Shown here one piece after another: positions 11,201-24,796 of a DNA stretch of 64,000 nucleotides. Under the pieces are notes generated by a model, which was not told the DNA's origin, did no database searches, and saw only the letters and a program-made list of their open reading frames with translations. Source of the DNA: Stylophora pistillata (taxonomy: Eukaryota); the NCBI RefSeq assembly GCF_002571385.2, contig NW_019218266.1, forward strand, positions 8,843-72,842, given 5' to 3'. Every line of letters begins with the position of its first letter. Positions within the stretch are counted from its first letter, which is position 1. The translations under genes and the position numbers were made by a program.

Positions 11201-12016
11201 TTCTCACTGGATTGTAAATACCTCCACTGATAACTCTTCTCCATCTAAATAAATTTAATCTTAATATTGAGCATTAAAGCCTCTCATTTTTTTTTTTGGT
11301 TTATTCGAAAAGGGAGCTATGTTGGTACATATAGCCTGCTTAGCAGAATTTCTAAAAGCATTCTAAACATTCTTGTCATACACTGTATGTTTTTATCAGT
11401 TCCAGGGCGTAAGTAATTCTGCAAAATGTGCAGGTAAAGTGTTATAATTGTTACAATAAGCCATTCAGCAGACGAAACGACAGAACACTCGAACATGGAG
11501 AGTTCAAACAACTATCACGTTCAAAAGCACCTGGTTACAGAACAAAAGCTATGGTGGGTGCATACGGGATACTACATGGGTCCCGCAACATGTCATAATA
11601 AGTCGTCCCGAACAAAATTAAAGAAATCACTGAAATAGATGCATTTGAATTACTTGCTCGAGCACTGCTAACCACTGTTCATCTGTTTTACAGCCTCTGT
11701 GATAAAGCACCTGCCATTTAAAAAAAAGTACGGCTTAATTCCCCTTGATTTCAGACAACGAAAATGAATGTTAATAAATGAAAAAAAATAAATAAATAAA
11801 AGTCTTAGATTTACTTCAAATTTGAAACACAAGGCAAATATATTTCAAGTGACTCTGCAAGAAAACCCGAGACCAAGGCAAATTTTCACATACCTTCCGA
11901 AACTCGTTCTCTAATTGTAATTTACTTTTGTAGATAACATGAGCTTCATAGTCCTTCAGAAAAATATTATGGGTGAAAAAACACTGACAGACGAATCGTT
12001 CGGATTCGTCCGCCAT
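8258..12016 (-). CDS. OGFOD2: 2-oxoglutarate/Fe(II)-dependent oxygenase domain-containing protein 2
   Basis: Phase-0 exons 12016-11894, 11710-11654, 11154-11044, (probable missing exon(s) in gap 9827-10756), 9268-9011, 8515-8258. Motifs CQCFFTHNIFL, LDSHKAF, HYDNAEVTLNVSLG (HxD), LHRGQHMHGA, GERINLIIWMRSS, CPMC. Confidence 0.9.
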
Positions 12017-12595
12017 GTTGAACCGTGAGACATGCTAGCCTGGTAACCAGTGCCTCAACATTCCTTGCTGAAGCATTGCATCATGGTACATTTCCTGTAA
12101 CCAAAGCAAATATGGCGTCCTTGTGAGCATATTTGTCTCCGAGTTTTTAATGTGCGATTGTTTGAAAATAAGTTCAGGCTTTAATTACATTATTCACGTA
12201 GTATTCGGGAGTTCTCATGCCTTGCATTTTCTTTCTATCGTCGTGGAAAGATCCGTAGCTGATTGTGAAGTGGTCGAAATGGTCTTGACTTATTAATTTC
12301 GACAATTTGAATTTTCTAGAGTACGTCTGCAACGATTCCCTTATTTTGATCAACCTTGAAGAAGATATCAAGCAGTGATAATCGCGTAAAAGTTGCTTAG
12401 CTACAATCGGAAGGATCAAATACATTAAAAGAACGTGTCGGCGACAATTAGCTCGTCGATCAAGTTGTCACATCAATAAGTTAAATTGTCAAATCTTTTT
12501 TTGGTCTTCATTTAAAAAAAACTACTTTCGTTTCAATCGAGGTTTAGTTCACTTGTAGGCGAGGAACTTCGCTTCTTGGTAAAGCGTTTGGTACA

Positions 12596-15500
12596 ATGGC
12601 TCATTTACTTGGAAGTGAAGCTTGTTTGGGGAGCTTGAAACAAGACATCAATGATGTTCAAACGACAGTAATGGATTTATTATCCAGAGTAGGACACATT
12701 AGAAGTCTTTCGTGGAAATATCCAGATAAGATAGCTTCTGAGTTAGATATGGATGAACTGTTGGAGAGATATTCATATTCCAGTGATAATGACCACTGTA
12801 AACTGTCACACATAATTCTTTTTGAACTTCTTATTGACAGGTATACAATGAGTATTATACATTAATTATACATGTATTTTGATTGGGTTCTTCTTATGAG
12901 CTAATGGAGGACAGGGTCATAGATGATGTTACCATTAACAACAGTTTGGTTTTCATCATATAGAACAAATAGATTCCATGTTGCTGTGGGTCTGTAATAT
13001 AATAGATCACAGAAGACATCACAATGTGGTGAGAAGATCAATGACCCACTCTGCTACACCTTGTGTGACACTTTTTTGCTCTTACCACATTCTGACATCA
13101 TCTCTGATCTATTACTAGGCTGTACTCTTAGAAAAATTGAAGGGAGTCCAGTGCTCTGAAACTGTGAAACTCAGGGTGCCCTGCATTTGCTTTTTATGCA
13201 AAAACTAAGATTTCTGAGTCGTCCAAGAGCAAAAGAAAGGCACCAGGGGCCACTGGGTGCTGCTAGACCACACTGAGCCCTGTATTACTTAAAAGATGCA
13301 CAGCCATATGAAATCTATTTATTTTTTAGGGTGAGAGTTGTTGAAAATACCTCAGAAGGTGGGAATTGAATTTGAATAGACTTAACATTGTTTCCCCTCT
13401 TAACAGTCTAGACTCATGTTTCATCAAAATGTCATCAGAGACGTTTACTTCTAAGGTTATTTTTTTTATATAGATATAGGCTGGTTATCAGCCCCCAGTA
13501 AAAATATTATTTATGTTAAAATTGATAATAATAGTAACAATGATGGAGGTTGGAGGTTGGTTGGCCGCATCTTGATATGCTTTAATGTGACTGCATGATA
13601 CTTTTAGTGAGTTTCACATGCGCTGGTCAATACTTGGCTGTGTAGCAGCAAGATGCAGTTCCAGTTGAGACCCACAAATTGACCCTTGCTCACCACAGAG
13701 TCTCTGGTAGCTCAGCGGTTAGAGCATCTGACTAGGTCATTGAGGGTCCTGGGTTCAAATCCCATCTGGGACTTGGATTTTTTTCCGACTATACATTAAA
13801 ATTGTTGTTTGTTTCATCTTAATGATGATAATGTTATCATTATATTAATATTGTTGTTATCATTATTATTATAATTGTTACTATCATCAAGTTATTCCCA
13901 TGTGAATTCAGTAATGGATAGATTAAGTTTGTCATAATCTCAAGGGTGTAAATATGATCTGAAGATGACTTTTCTCAACAGACTTGTTCTTTTGCTGCAA
14001 TGTATGGCTCAGTTCAGTGACCAACTGCTGACTTCATGTGATGGGAGGCCAAGTAGTGGTAAAATATTAGGTTCCAGTATGTCTGTTGGACTTGTAGCCA
14101 AAAAGTTTTGGAACAAACTTGTCCATGTTCAGCAAACCATCCAGAAACTTCAGACTGAGGTGAGAAACATTCAAAAGTTGGTGAAATATTGTCTTTGATG
14201 AATTTTCAGAATCACATTAGATGGGAAGATGTATTCTCAGAAGTTCTTGCATCATGATAATCCATAATTTTTGTAGAGTCCATAATGAACAAGTGCTAGT
14301 TATTTTTTATGATAGTTTGTGTTTCCTTTCTCACATTTTTTTTTTTGTACTGATCTGCTTTATCTTTTGTTTGGTAAAAGAGAAATGAGATATTGATTAC
14401 CTATGGTGATTCAACTTATGTGTTTTCTAGAGCAAAGCCAAAAACAAAACAATGTCAAAGATGGAAGACACCATAACAGATCTGCGGGGTGAGGTTAAAC
14501 TCTTGAAGCAAGCTTCAGATAAAAAATCAGGCAAATCTTCTGTTGTCCAAGGAAAAGTTGAAAGCCAAAGTGCTAATAGAACTTCTGTGAAGTTCATTCT
14601 CTCTCCATCTGAGGAGTTATCTCTAGAAAGTTCTACACCCTCCCAGGAGCTTACTCTTGCTGTGGAAGATGTTACTCATGCAAAGACTTGTCAAGAGTCA
14701 TCAACACAGACTTATGACACTGCATTTATTCCATGTGAAGCTTGTGCTAGAACACAACAAAATCTTATTGAAGTTGGTAACATGGTGATTAAAGTATGTG
14801 AATCTCAAGGACTTCCATCTTCACTGGCAAAGCAGAAAAAACTCTTGCGACAATCCTTGATGGCTGCAGCTGATGTATCAAGGTGGGCATCTGAACAAAG
14901 CCAAGATCTTGCTAGAATTACTGATCACTTGGATAATTTATATGCACAGATAAATCCACTGGAAGATAGACTTAGTAGGTCAAAACAAGTTTGTGCACAA
15001 CTGGAAAAGCAAATCCAAGATCTGGAAAAGCAGTTGTTGGATAAGGACAGTGAAGTTGAAAAGAAGGAGGTAGACTTCAAAGAGAAGCTTAAACAAGTTG
15101 TTGCTGAGAAAGATCTGCTGCTATCTGATGCAGAAAAAATGAACAATGACCTTATGAAGGGAAAAGATGTCCTTCAGGGTATGGTGCTCAAACTGGAGGA
15201 AAAGAAAAAGAAGTACAAGGAGACAGTTAAGACCCTTGGTAAGTTTGTAAACACAAATAACATTAATTTACCACCAGTTAAACAGCCAATGAGAGGCCTG
15301 ATTTTGAAATAAGGAAATGAGATATAGCCAGTTGACACAGGACAATGCAGAAAATTTATTCTTGTTGCTTATTTCATAGCTGTTTTTTTTTTTTTTTTTT
15401 TTCAGGTGAAGAAAACAACAAGTTGTTAACAGAGTTAGACAAGGAGTCTAAAGAGGTAGCAAGGTTAACGGTGGTAGAGTCTGAAGTACAACAGCTAAAA

Positions 15501-18471
15501 GTAGAGATGGATGACTTACAAGTGAAACTCAAAAACACTTCTATTGAACTGGGAAAAACGCAGGCTAAGAACAAGACCTTGGAGAAACATGAACAAGTAA
15601 GATAAAGTTTTTATTATAAGTGGAGGTGGTATAAGATTAGCTCCACAACAAGTAGGTGTAGCTCTCTAACTTTTTGCCTGGATTATATGTGAGAATTGAT
15701 ATTAGAAATCAAGGCTGTTAGAGGATGTTTCAAAACTCTTGAGGATAACATGATCCGATATGCGGGGCTGAACTTCAATATCAAAGAAGCACTGGCTCAG
15801 TTTTTTGGTTGGGAGCTCTGTATTTGAAATTTCTGGTTTTCCACCATGGCCTGTTTTATGTGCAATATTCTGGGTTTCTGGCCAAAGCACTTTACAGTGC
15901 CCTCTACACCAAGAAAAGTGAACAAATACCAGGAAACTGTTAGGAAAGCATGATAAAATACGGGAAGGGTAACCTGTGATAACTACTGTCTCATTTAGAA
16001 GGACTAAAAAGAAAACCTGCGCTCGTATATTACTTGATAGTGTAGAAACAGGGAAATAAGGCTGTAGCAGCGTTGTTAGAGAGTCTTATCTGCTAACATA
16101 AATTTCATTTGCCTCCTCAGGCTTTACAAAGCAAACACGATGCACTTCTTCAAAGAGTTGATAATCTGGACAATGAATGCGAGGAGTTGAGGGACAGAGT
16201 GCTAGAGGCAGAAGGAGAGAGACACGAACTGCAAGGAGTGATGGAAGATTTGAGAACTGAAAAGACGAAGCTCTCTGAAGAACTTGATTCCAAGCAGGTA
16301 ATTTTTGGCATTTTGTTTGTGGCTCTGGTCAATTGTTGATCGCCAGTTAATCCTAGTTGTTCAGAGTAATTCTCTATGAATGGCTAGTTCTCTGCAGCTG
16401 GTATTTTCACACGCCTCAGGGTGTCGTCATGAGAAAAAGGGGAAATAAAGAAAGGGAGAATTGTCTATTCGTGGTCATATACAAAATTATTCAAAAATGC
16501 GCCTCTTTTACAATTATATATTGGCATTGGTTCAAATCTAAAACCTTGGAACATAACTCTAAGCATTCTTTCTGTTTGTACACAGAACCTTCTGGAAGAA
16601 CTTAGACTTGAAAAGGAAACACTTTTGCAAGAAGTAGAAGAATTTGAGGCAAAGACGAACGACCTTGAACAGCAGCTAAAAGAAAGCGAAGAAAAACTTC
16701 AACTCGTGGTAGAATTTCCATCCATTGATGCCAAACAGCAGAAATCTTCCTTGTCAGACAAAGAGGTGATGTTTAATGGGGAAGTTCCCTCAGAAGCCGA
16801 AGTAGCTAAAGATATGGAGAGACAAGTTATAGCCAACAATATCAGAATTATGACCCTCGAAGAACAAAATGAAAAGTTGAGGAAGTCTATATCTTTCTTG
16901 ATGAATGCTCGAGAAAACATCTCAAAGAAGAAAGTAAGTGGATGACAGTATTATCAGAGTCCATCTCCCTCGACGAACTCACAAAGATTTTCCTTGAATT
17001 TTTTGAAATGAGATAACTTGGTGTTGTGTCAACTGGGTTGATAATGTAAATTGGCCGGCACCGTAATGAGTATCTAAGCTGATGTTTCAAGCGTTCGTCC
17101 TTCGACAGAGCGAATGGCTTTGTTACGATAAGTGTACGAAGAATGTTGCACCCGATTACTTTATCATATTCCGAAAAATACCCTGACCTTCCCTTAGTAG
17201 CTGCACGTGTATTGTTAGTTGGTTTTTCTTGGTTGCTGTTGCCGCGCTGTGATGATAAAACCCGATAGAGGGCCTTTTTGTTTGAAAAGTGGAAAAACAA
17301 GCAATTCTTCCTTTTCGGTTTTTGTTAAATATTCTTTGTGATTCGTTAAAACTCTCGTCCTTTTACTCGACTAAATCATCGTGATCTTTACCAATCAATC
17401 CACTCATTACGTGATCACGCGCGTCTTGTTTTCCCGCGCTTTGCATTGGTCTTGTGAATTTTCCCTACGTTCTTATTGGTTCCTTGTACTGTCGTCGTTG
17501 TTCTGATTGGCTGGTGTAAATGCCTTAGTACTGTGTCCCTCATTTGTGACACGTGCTCCTACTGGTTAGGCCCATTGTTCTCTCGTTCTCTGTCAGTGTT
17601 CCCACTTTCATTTAAAATCGCCAAAACTTCTTGATATTTTTCAGGTACAAGAACCTGTTGCCTTGTGGAAACAACATAGTGACGAATCTGGACTAATGGA
17701 AGAACGGGGGGATTTACATAGAAGGTTCTGTTGATTTTTTTTTAGCTGTCTTTTTGTTGTTCGCCTGTTTATTTTGAAAGTACCATTATAGATCTCAAAA
17801 GCAAGTTCGCTACAATATTGGAATTAGATTAAAATTATTTTAGTGAATAGTTTTTTCTTACCACCATATTTTACTGTTCTTTGTTTTGAAAGGGTATAGG
17901 TTATCTTTTCAGTTAATTAGTGCAACTAATACAGCTTTTTCCGTTGAATATGTTTCTCGTTTACAGGTCTCCTGTGCAGAATTTTTATGAAGAAAACTCA
18001 AATGTCTCTAACAAGCGCCATGCATCTGCTATAAGAGAAGGACAGCGGTCGTACTCAGACCACTACATGTCAAACCAAATACAGCCTCGCCCACCTGAGA
18101 AACCTAGAGCCCAGTCCGCTAAGACAAGGACAAAGGCAACAACTTCAAGATTTGCTGAGGCTAAACAGAGTACTTCATTGAGTGCGAAACTTGCCGCTAG
18201 TGGGAAACATGCAGCAAGCATTTTAGGAAGACTAGCGGAAGGACACACACAGAAACACGAATGGGAACATTCTCCTGCCCCTACCCTGGACATAACAGCC
18301 CATGAGGGGAGGGGTGGGCTTGACATTGGACGCGCGAGCCCTGCCTCAACACGATACACGCCGATGAATGTGTTTGTTTGTGCGAGTTGTGACAAGATGT
18401 ACAACACACAGAAAGATTTGGACATCCATAAATCTTTTTGCTATGGTGCAGTGAATGAAAACTACACATGA
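12596..18471 (+). CDS. CCDC157: Coiled-coil domain-containing protein 157
   Basis: N-terminus MAHLLGSEACLGSL..SWKYPDK..LFELLIDRLVLLLQ matches CCDC157. In-frame GT-AG exons 12596-12840, 13982-14159, 14431-15238, 15406-15596, 16121-16297, 16586-16933, 17645-17724, 17967-18471. Confidence 0.9.
13699..13773 (+). mobile_element. tRNA-derived SINE-like head / tRNA pseudogene in CCDC157 intron 1
   Basis: A box ggtagctcagcggttagagc and B box ggttcaaatcc, imperfect acceptor stem, no clean anticodon arm, followed by a T run. Confidence 0.6.
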
Positions 18472-19771
18472 TCACATAAGCTTTACAACATAGCAACATC
18501 CTAAGTAATTTTTTGAAGCTATTAAAATTATAAACAAAGTGAAATGCAGTATCATGTTTTTATTGCACATGCATCGCTTGTTCTTGGAGAAATATTATGC
18601 AATAATAAAATGAACCGACTTTAAAACGTAAACCATTATCTGCTCAGTGTGGATTTATTTTAGTTCGCTGGATCAAGATGAACGTTAACTCAAATATATT
18701 ATTATGTTTTCCCAAAGTTACCATGCATCGGCAGAAAGACAACTCTATCCTATCCCAGTTTGAAGTTACGGTTAACCTTCAGAGACACTTTTCGATATGT
18801 CGCCCCTGTACGTGTCGATGATGTATCAGAAAAGGATATTTAAAATATTTTGTCTAGGGTTGGACGGGTGAACACTGGACTCGAAGCATAACTCTTTCTC
18901 CCAGATATTCCTCAGCCTTGGAGAACTCTAGGACGAAGAAGGACGAAGGCAAAGAACAAATGGCGTTGTAGCGACAAGAAAAACCAAATCAGCGTTAACA
19001 TCTTAAGTTAATTTCCCTTTATTCCGCGAAGTTAGCAGCAGACTAACCTGCTTGGTGGAAGGGGGTGCCTGAAGCTAGGAAGCTGAAACAGGGAAAGGAA
19101 GGTATTTTCTTTTCACTTTTGTAAACAATTTCCGTCTAGCACTTCTTAAGTACAAAGTCCTCTGAGACAAGGGTACTGAGTTATGTTGGTCAATATAGAT
19201 TTATGAAGTTGGTGGTAACCAGTGTTTTTCTTTGACAATTTTTCCCCTATTCAGTCACAGCGACAAGCACTCCCCCTCGTTCTGCTTGTGCTAGCTATGA
19301 GAAAGCCACGCCGGATTTCCATCTCGCGACTGATAAGATTTTGTGTTGATTGTCATTGAATCCCAGAATATATTCCCATATGTCTCAGGGCAGCAACTAC
19401 TAAGTGTTAGGTTTGCTGTGAATATAAATATAATTTTTAACGTCAATAAAAAGTTGATCCCAATCCGGCGGTGTTTGCTCAGTACAGTATGAAACTCAGG
19501 GATCGATGCGCAACAATCATAGTACCCAGTAGTTAATTAGGAAAAGTCTTGAATTTTTGAACCTGCATCTGTCAGCACGCTTTCCGTATGTCAAGGAACT
19601 TTGTTTATTACAACCTGAATCATGTTTCAACTTTCCAACGAACCAACAGTTACCTAGCCGGAAACAAAGAATTTTTCCCATAGTCCTGCTGAGGAAAATT
19701 ACTGTTTATGTTTACCATGACATCGAACCACACGCCAATCAGTAGATATGAAAAGTGATCTGNNNNNNNNN

Positions 19772-20542
19772 AAATCCTACCAGGGTTCCGTCGCAAGAAG
19801 TGATGATAAGCACAAAATTGAAGTTGAACTGTGTGAAAAGGCTGACTTTGTCGTTGGAGTTGGGCCAAAGTTGGGTGAGTTATTTCAACATTGTATTGGC
19901 TGGTGTAAAATTCCTGTTGTAATTCTCATACCTGGAATTTTTGACGAATACTCTGAGATAGAACACGTACCTAGAGAGAGCAAAAGGTGTCGAGTTTTAA
20001 CATTTGGCCGTGGAGATAAGGAAGATTTCAAACTGAAAGGATTTGACGTCGCAGCTAAAGCGGTTGCCAGGCTAAGTGACACAATACTTATCTTCGCCGG
20101 TGCTTGCAAGGAAGACCTTCAACAGGTTACTGATAGGTTTTTGGAGTGCGGTATTTCTCCCAAAAACCTTGATGTAAGAGGTTTCCTTGAGACCAAACAT
20201 GATCTTATCAGGTTATTTTGTGAAGTGGATCTTGCGATCATGCCTTCCCGGACGGATGGCTTTGGACTAACAGCGCTTGAAGCTTTATCTGCTGGCCTAC
20301 CTGTCCTTGTGAGTCGGAACACGGGATTTGGAGAGGCACTCAGCAAGATCCCATTTGGTTCAATCTATGTGATTGATTCCCAGGATCCCAGTGTGGGCCG
20401 ACAAAATAAAACAGGCTTGGATGAAAGACGAGAAAACGGGTCATGAAGAAAGTAACCAATCTGCTTACCTTTTACAAAAAAAAATACAACTGGGAAAGGC
20501 AGTGTAATGATCTTGTTGCAAAATGGCGCAGCGCTGTTTTCG
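19772..20542 (+). pseudogene. GT4 (GT-B) glycosyltransferase paralogue, partial and frameshifted
   Basis: Homologous to the C-terminal two-thirds of the 25885-27064 GT4 exon (VVGVGPKL, GRGDKEDFKLKGFD, MPSRTDGFGLTALEALSAGLPVLVS). Frameshifts near 20390 and 20458. Ends at the same phase-1 GT donor (20543). 5' end lost at the small N gap. Confidence 0.8.
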
Positions 20543-20934
20543 GTAAGAATCCTCTCTCGAGTAATTGTCAAAAAAGTGACAATAATAGCTCAAGGTGAGA
20601 CTGGTAAGAGCTAACCAATAAGTGCAGGGATATAGCCCAAGACCTTTGGATTCCGCGCTTCAATGCTTAACCAAAAATGTCTGAGGGTCAATTCCTCATG
20701 AAAACAATTTTTTTCTTCGTCTCATCCTCAAGACTCATAGCTGAGCTCAAAATTTATCATCGTATTCTTATTCTGATGGTATTTGTTGTTGTGATCTCAA
20801 ACGAACAGAAACAGCAGGTAACTTGCTGGGAGGGGAATCAAAATCAAACAGGGTCCCCTTATGACAAACTTGAGGAAATAATGGAGAGAGGACTAAATAT
20901 GCATCTGCATGAAGGGGTTATTTTTCAGTGCACC

Positions 20935-23747
20935 AAAACAGACACAAGACAACACAGAAAATTGATCATTGTTGCTTGCTTCATAAATGTTTTTTCTTTC
21001 ACCCAGGTGAAGAAAACAACAAGCTGTCAACAGAGTTAGACAAGGAGTCTAAAGAGGTAGAGTCTGACGTGCAACAGATGAAAATAGAAATGGATGACTC
21101 ACAAGTGAAACTCAAAGACACTTCTATTGAATTGGGAAAAACGCAGGCCAGGAACAAGACCTTGGAGAAACATGAACAAGTAAGATATGGAGGTTTCTAT
21201 TGTAAGTGGAGGTGGTAAGATTAAGCCCTGTTGNNNNNNNNNNNNNNNNNNNNNNNNNNNNNNNNNNNNNNNNNNNNNNNNNNNNNNNNNNNNNNNNNNN
21301 NNNNNNNNNNNNNNNNNNNNNNNNNNNNNNNNNNNNNNNNNNNNNNNNNNNNNNNNNNNNNNNNNNNNNNNNNNNNNNNNNNNNNNNNNNNNNNNNNNNN
21401 NNNNNNNNNNNNNNNNNNNNNNNNNNNNNNNNNNNNNNNNNNNNNNNNNNNNNNNNNNNNNNNNNNNNNNNNNNNNNNNNNNNNNNNNNNNNNNNNNNNN
21501 NNNNNNNNNNNNNNNNNNNNNNNNNNNNNNNNNNNNNNNNNNNNNNNNNNNNNNNNNNNNNNNNNNNNNNNNNNNNNNNNNNNNNNNNNNNNNNNNNNNN
21601 NNNNNNNNNNNNNNNNNNNNNNNNNNNNNNNNNNNNNNNNNNNNNNNNNNNNNNNNNNNNNNNNNNNNNNNNNNNNNNNNNNNNNNNNNNNNNNNNNNNN
21701 NNNNNNNNNNNNNNNNNNNNNNNNNNNNNNNNNNNNNNNNNNNNNNNNNNNNNNNNNNNNNNNNNNNNNNNNNNNNNNNNNNNNNNNNNNNNNNNNNNNN
21801 NNNNNNNNNNNNNNNNNNNNNNNNNNNNNNNNNNNNNNNNNNNNNNNNNNNNNNNNNNNNNNNNNNNNNNNNNNNNGGTTAAACTCTTGAAGCAAGCTTC
21901 AGATAAAAAATCAGGCAAATCTTCTGTTGTCCAAGGCAAAATTGAAAGCCAAAGTGCTAATAGAACTTCTGTGAAGTTGATTCCCTCTCCATCTCAGGAG
22001 TTATCTCTAGAAAGTTCTACACCCTCCCAGGAGCTTACTCTTGCTGTGGAAGATGTTACTCATGCAAAGACTTGTCAAGAGTCATCAACACAGACTTATG
22101 ACACTGCGTTTATTCCATGTGAAGCTTGTGCTAGAACACAACAAAATCTTATTGAAGTTGGTAACATGGTGATTAAAGTATGTGAATCTCAAGGACTTCC
22201 ATCTTCACTGGCAAAGCAGAAAAAACTCTTGCGGCAATCCTTGATGGCTGCAGCTGATTTATCAAGGTGGGCATCTGAACAAAGCCAAGATCTTGCTAGA
22301 ATTACTGATCACTTAGATAATTTATATGCACAGATAAATCCACTGGAAGATAAACTTAGTAGGTCAAAACAAGTTTGTGCACAACTGGAAAAGGAAATTC
22401 AAGATCTGGAAAAGCAGTTGTTGGATAAGGACAGTGAAGGTGAAAAGAAGGAGGTAGACCTCAAAGAGAAGCTTAAACAAGTTGTTGCCGAGAAAGATCT
22501 GTTGCTAACTGATGCAGAACAATTGAACAATGACCTTATGAAGGGAAAAGATGTCCTTCAGGGTATGGAGTTCAAACTGGCTCAAATGCTCGAGAAAATA
22601 TCTCCAAGGAGAGCGTAAGTGGATGACGGCAGTGTCTATTTCCCTCAACAAACTCCTAAAGATTTTTCTTGAATTTGTGAAATGAGATAACTTGGTGTTG
22701 TGTCAACTGAGTTGATAATGTAAATTGGCCGCCACCGTAAAGAGTATCTAAGCTGACATTTGGAGCGTTCGTCCTTCGACAGAGCGAATGGCTTTGTTAA
22801 AATGAGTATACTAAGAATGTTGCTTAAGATCAATTTATCAAATTCCGAAAATACCCTGACCTTCCCTTAGTAGCTGCACGTGTATTGTTTGTTGTTTTAT
22901 CTTCGTCATGACTAGACTATCAAAACTGATAGAGTAATTTTTTTTGGTTCAAAAGTGGGAAATTTCTTCCTTTCCGGTTTTCCTTGAATATTCTTTGCGA
23001 TTCATTAAGACTCTCGTCCTCTTACTCAACCAGATCATCCTGGTCTTCACCAGTCACTCCACTCATAACCTGATCACAGGCGTCTTGTTTCCCGTGAATT
23101 TTCTCTACGTTCTTATTGGTTCCTCGTACTGTTGTCGTTGTTCTGACTGGCTGTTGTAAATGTCTTAGTACCGTGTCCCTCATTTATGACATGTGCTCCT
23201 ACTGGATAGGCTCATGAACGTTCAAGACACGTGCCACGTTCTCTCGTTTTCTCTCTCAGCGTTTCCAACTTTATTTTAAAACCGTCCAAACTTCGTGATC
23301 TTTTTTTAGGTACAAGAACCTGTTGCCTTGTGGAAACAACACAGTGACGAACCTGGACTAATGGAACAACAGAAGGATTTACTTAGGAGGTTTTGTTCAA
23401 TTTTTTAGCTGTCTTTTAGTTGTTCGCCTGTTTATAAAGTACTATTACAGATCTCAGAAGCAAGTTCACGAAAATATTTAGATTGGAATTATTTTAGCGA
23501 ACTGATTTTTTCTTGCCACTATACTTTACTGTTCTTTGTATTGAGAAGGTATAAGTCATCTTTACAGTAAACCCATGCAACTAATACAGCTTTTTCCGTT
23601 CTTTATTATTTGCACGTCTCCTGTTTAGAATTTTTATGAAGAAAACCCAAATGTTTCTCATAAGCGCCCAGCTTATGCCAACCAAGATTTGGATCATGAT
23701 ATCCATAAATCTTTTTGCTATGGTGCAGTGAATGAAAACTACACATG
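20935..23747 (+). pseudogene. Partial, rearranged CCDC157 duplicate(s)
   Basis: Exon-4 copy 21007-21179 (18-bp in-frame deletion), then a gap. Near-identical exon-3 copy 21877-~22580 fused out of frame to the end of exon 6. Intron-6 and exon-7 copy to about 23390. Exon-8 copy with a large internal deletion to about 23747. Confidence 0.85.
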
Positions 23748-23960
23748 ACCAACTGAACGTTACGATATCATTCAATACGTCCAAATAATTTGTTTGAAGG
23801 TATTAAAAAGATATTAATACTAATTGACATGTAATTATTAAAGTAACTCTTGAACACAAACCATGATGTTCCCAGTGTTAACTCCGTTGAGCTCTGAGGG
23901 AGCAAATATGCCAGGCTGCGCTACCTTCGCTTCAATGTAGCCTGCAGAACAGGCGTATTC

Positions 23961-24008
23961 TGTGTGTGTGTGTATGTGTGTGTATGTGTGTGTGTGTGTG
24001 TGTGTGTG
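23961..24008. repeat. (TG)n microsatellite
   Basis: Near-perfect TG run with two TA interruptions. Confidence 0.95.
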
Positions 24009-24796
24009 TTAATTTAGGTCTTACCTCCGCTGTAAATATTTAATTTACACTATTTAAACCAGCTCTCTGGTGTTTTTAGCTACTTAATTATTTCAGGGAG
24101 CTGGTAACCCTTAAACAAGTTTATCAAATCAGTTTTTTTACAAATGACTGTAATTCCTAAATTATGGGGTAATAAGTCGTTGTTGTTGTTGTTGTTATTG
24201 TTGTTGTAGAGACCAAGAGGTTTTGAAGTGTGGGTTGGAGGGCGACTTATTGTTTGTAGTATTCAGCGTCTAAGCTGAGATTCGTGGATTAAAGTGTTAA
24301 AAATAGTCCAGTGTCGGCTGAAAGATATTTTATTACACCCATGCTTTTTTTCTGGTCGAAGCCCAAAGACGGAAACTAGTTTTGGCGAGCCACTGGTTTG
24401 GAGGGCTACTACTGGAGAATATCAGTAGAAGTTTCGGTCACAACAAAATTTTCCAAAAAAAAGCGTCGTGATTCTTTCTGCTTAGTTGTGCTAATTTCCA
24501 TCATTTTCCTTCGGGAAGCATTTCAAATTTAACTTCTTCTCATATAGCTGAGAGATGTGTGAAATAATAGTTTCCTGTAGGCATTTTTGGTATGTTCCAC
24601 AGAAGTAAATAGTGATTTTTGCGCGCCCTGATTGGCTAGTTCGGAAGTGAATATTCACTTCCTTGCAGTCGAAGAGACAAAACTGTACGTCAGGAGTTTA
24701 TAAAGTTCTGACCATTTTTCAATATATTTACAGAAATCAATTAATTTTGTGGTTTTTATGTGGTGTATACTAAACCAATTATTCACCTTAGTGTTA

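Noticed and set aside
13699-13773. Functional tRNA gene
   Set aside because: The anticodon arm does not pair properly; better explained as a SINE-like head.
21124-21939. Several long ORFs across Ns
   Set aside because: Gap artefacts. Only the CCDC157-derived flanks are real sequence.
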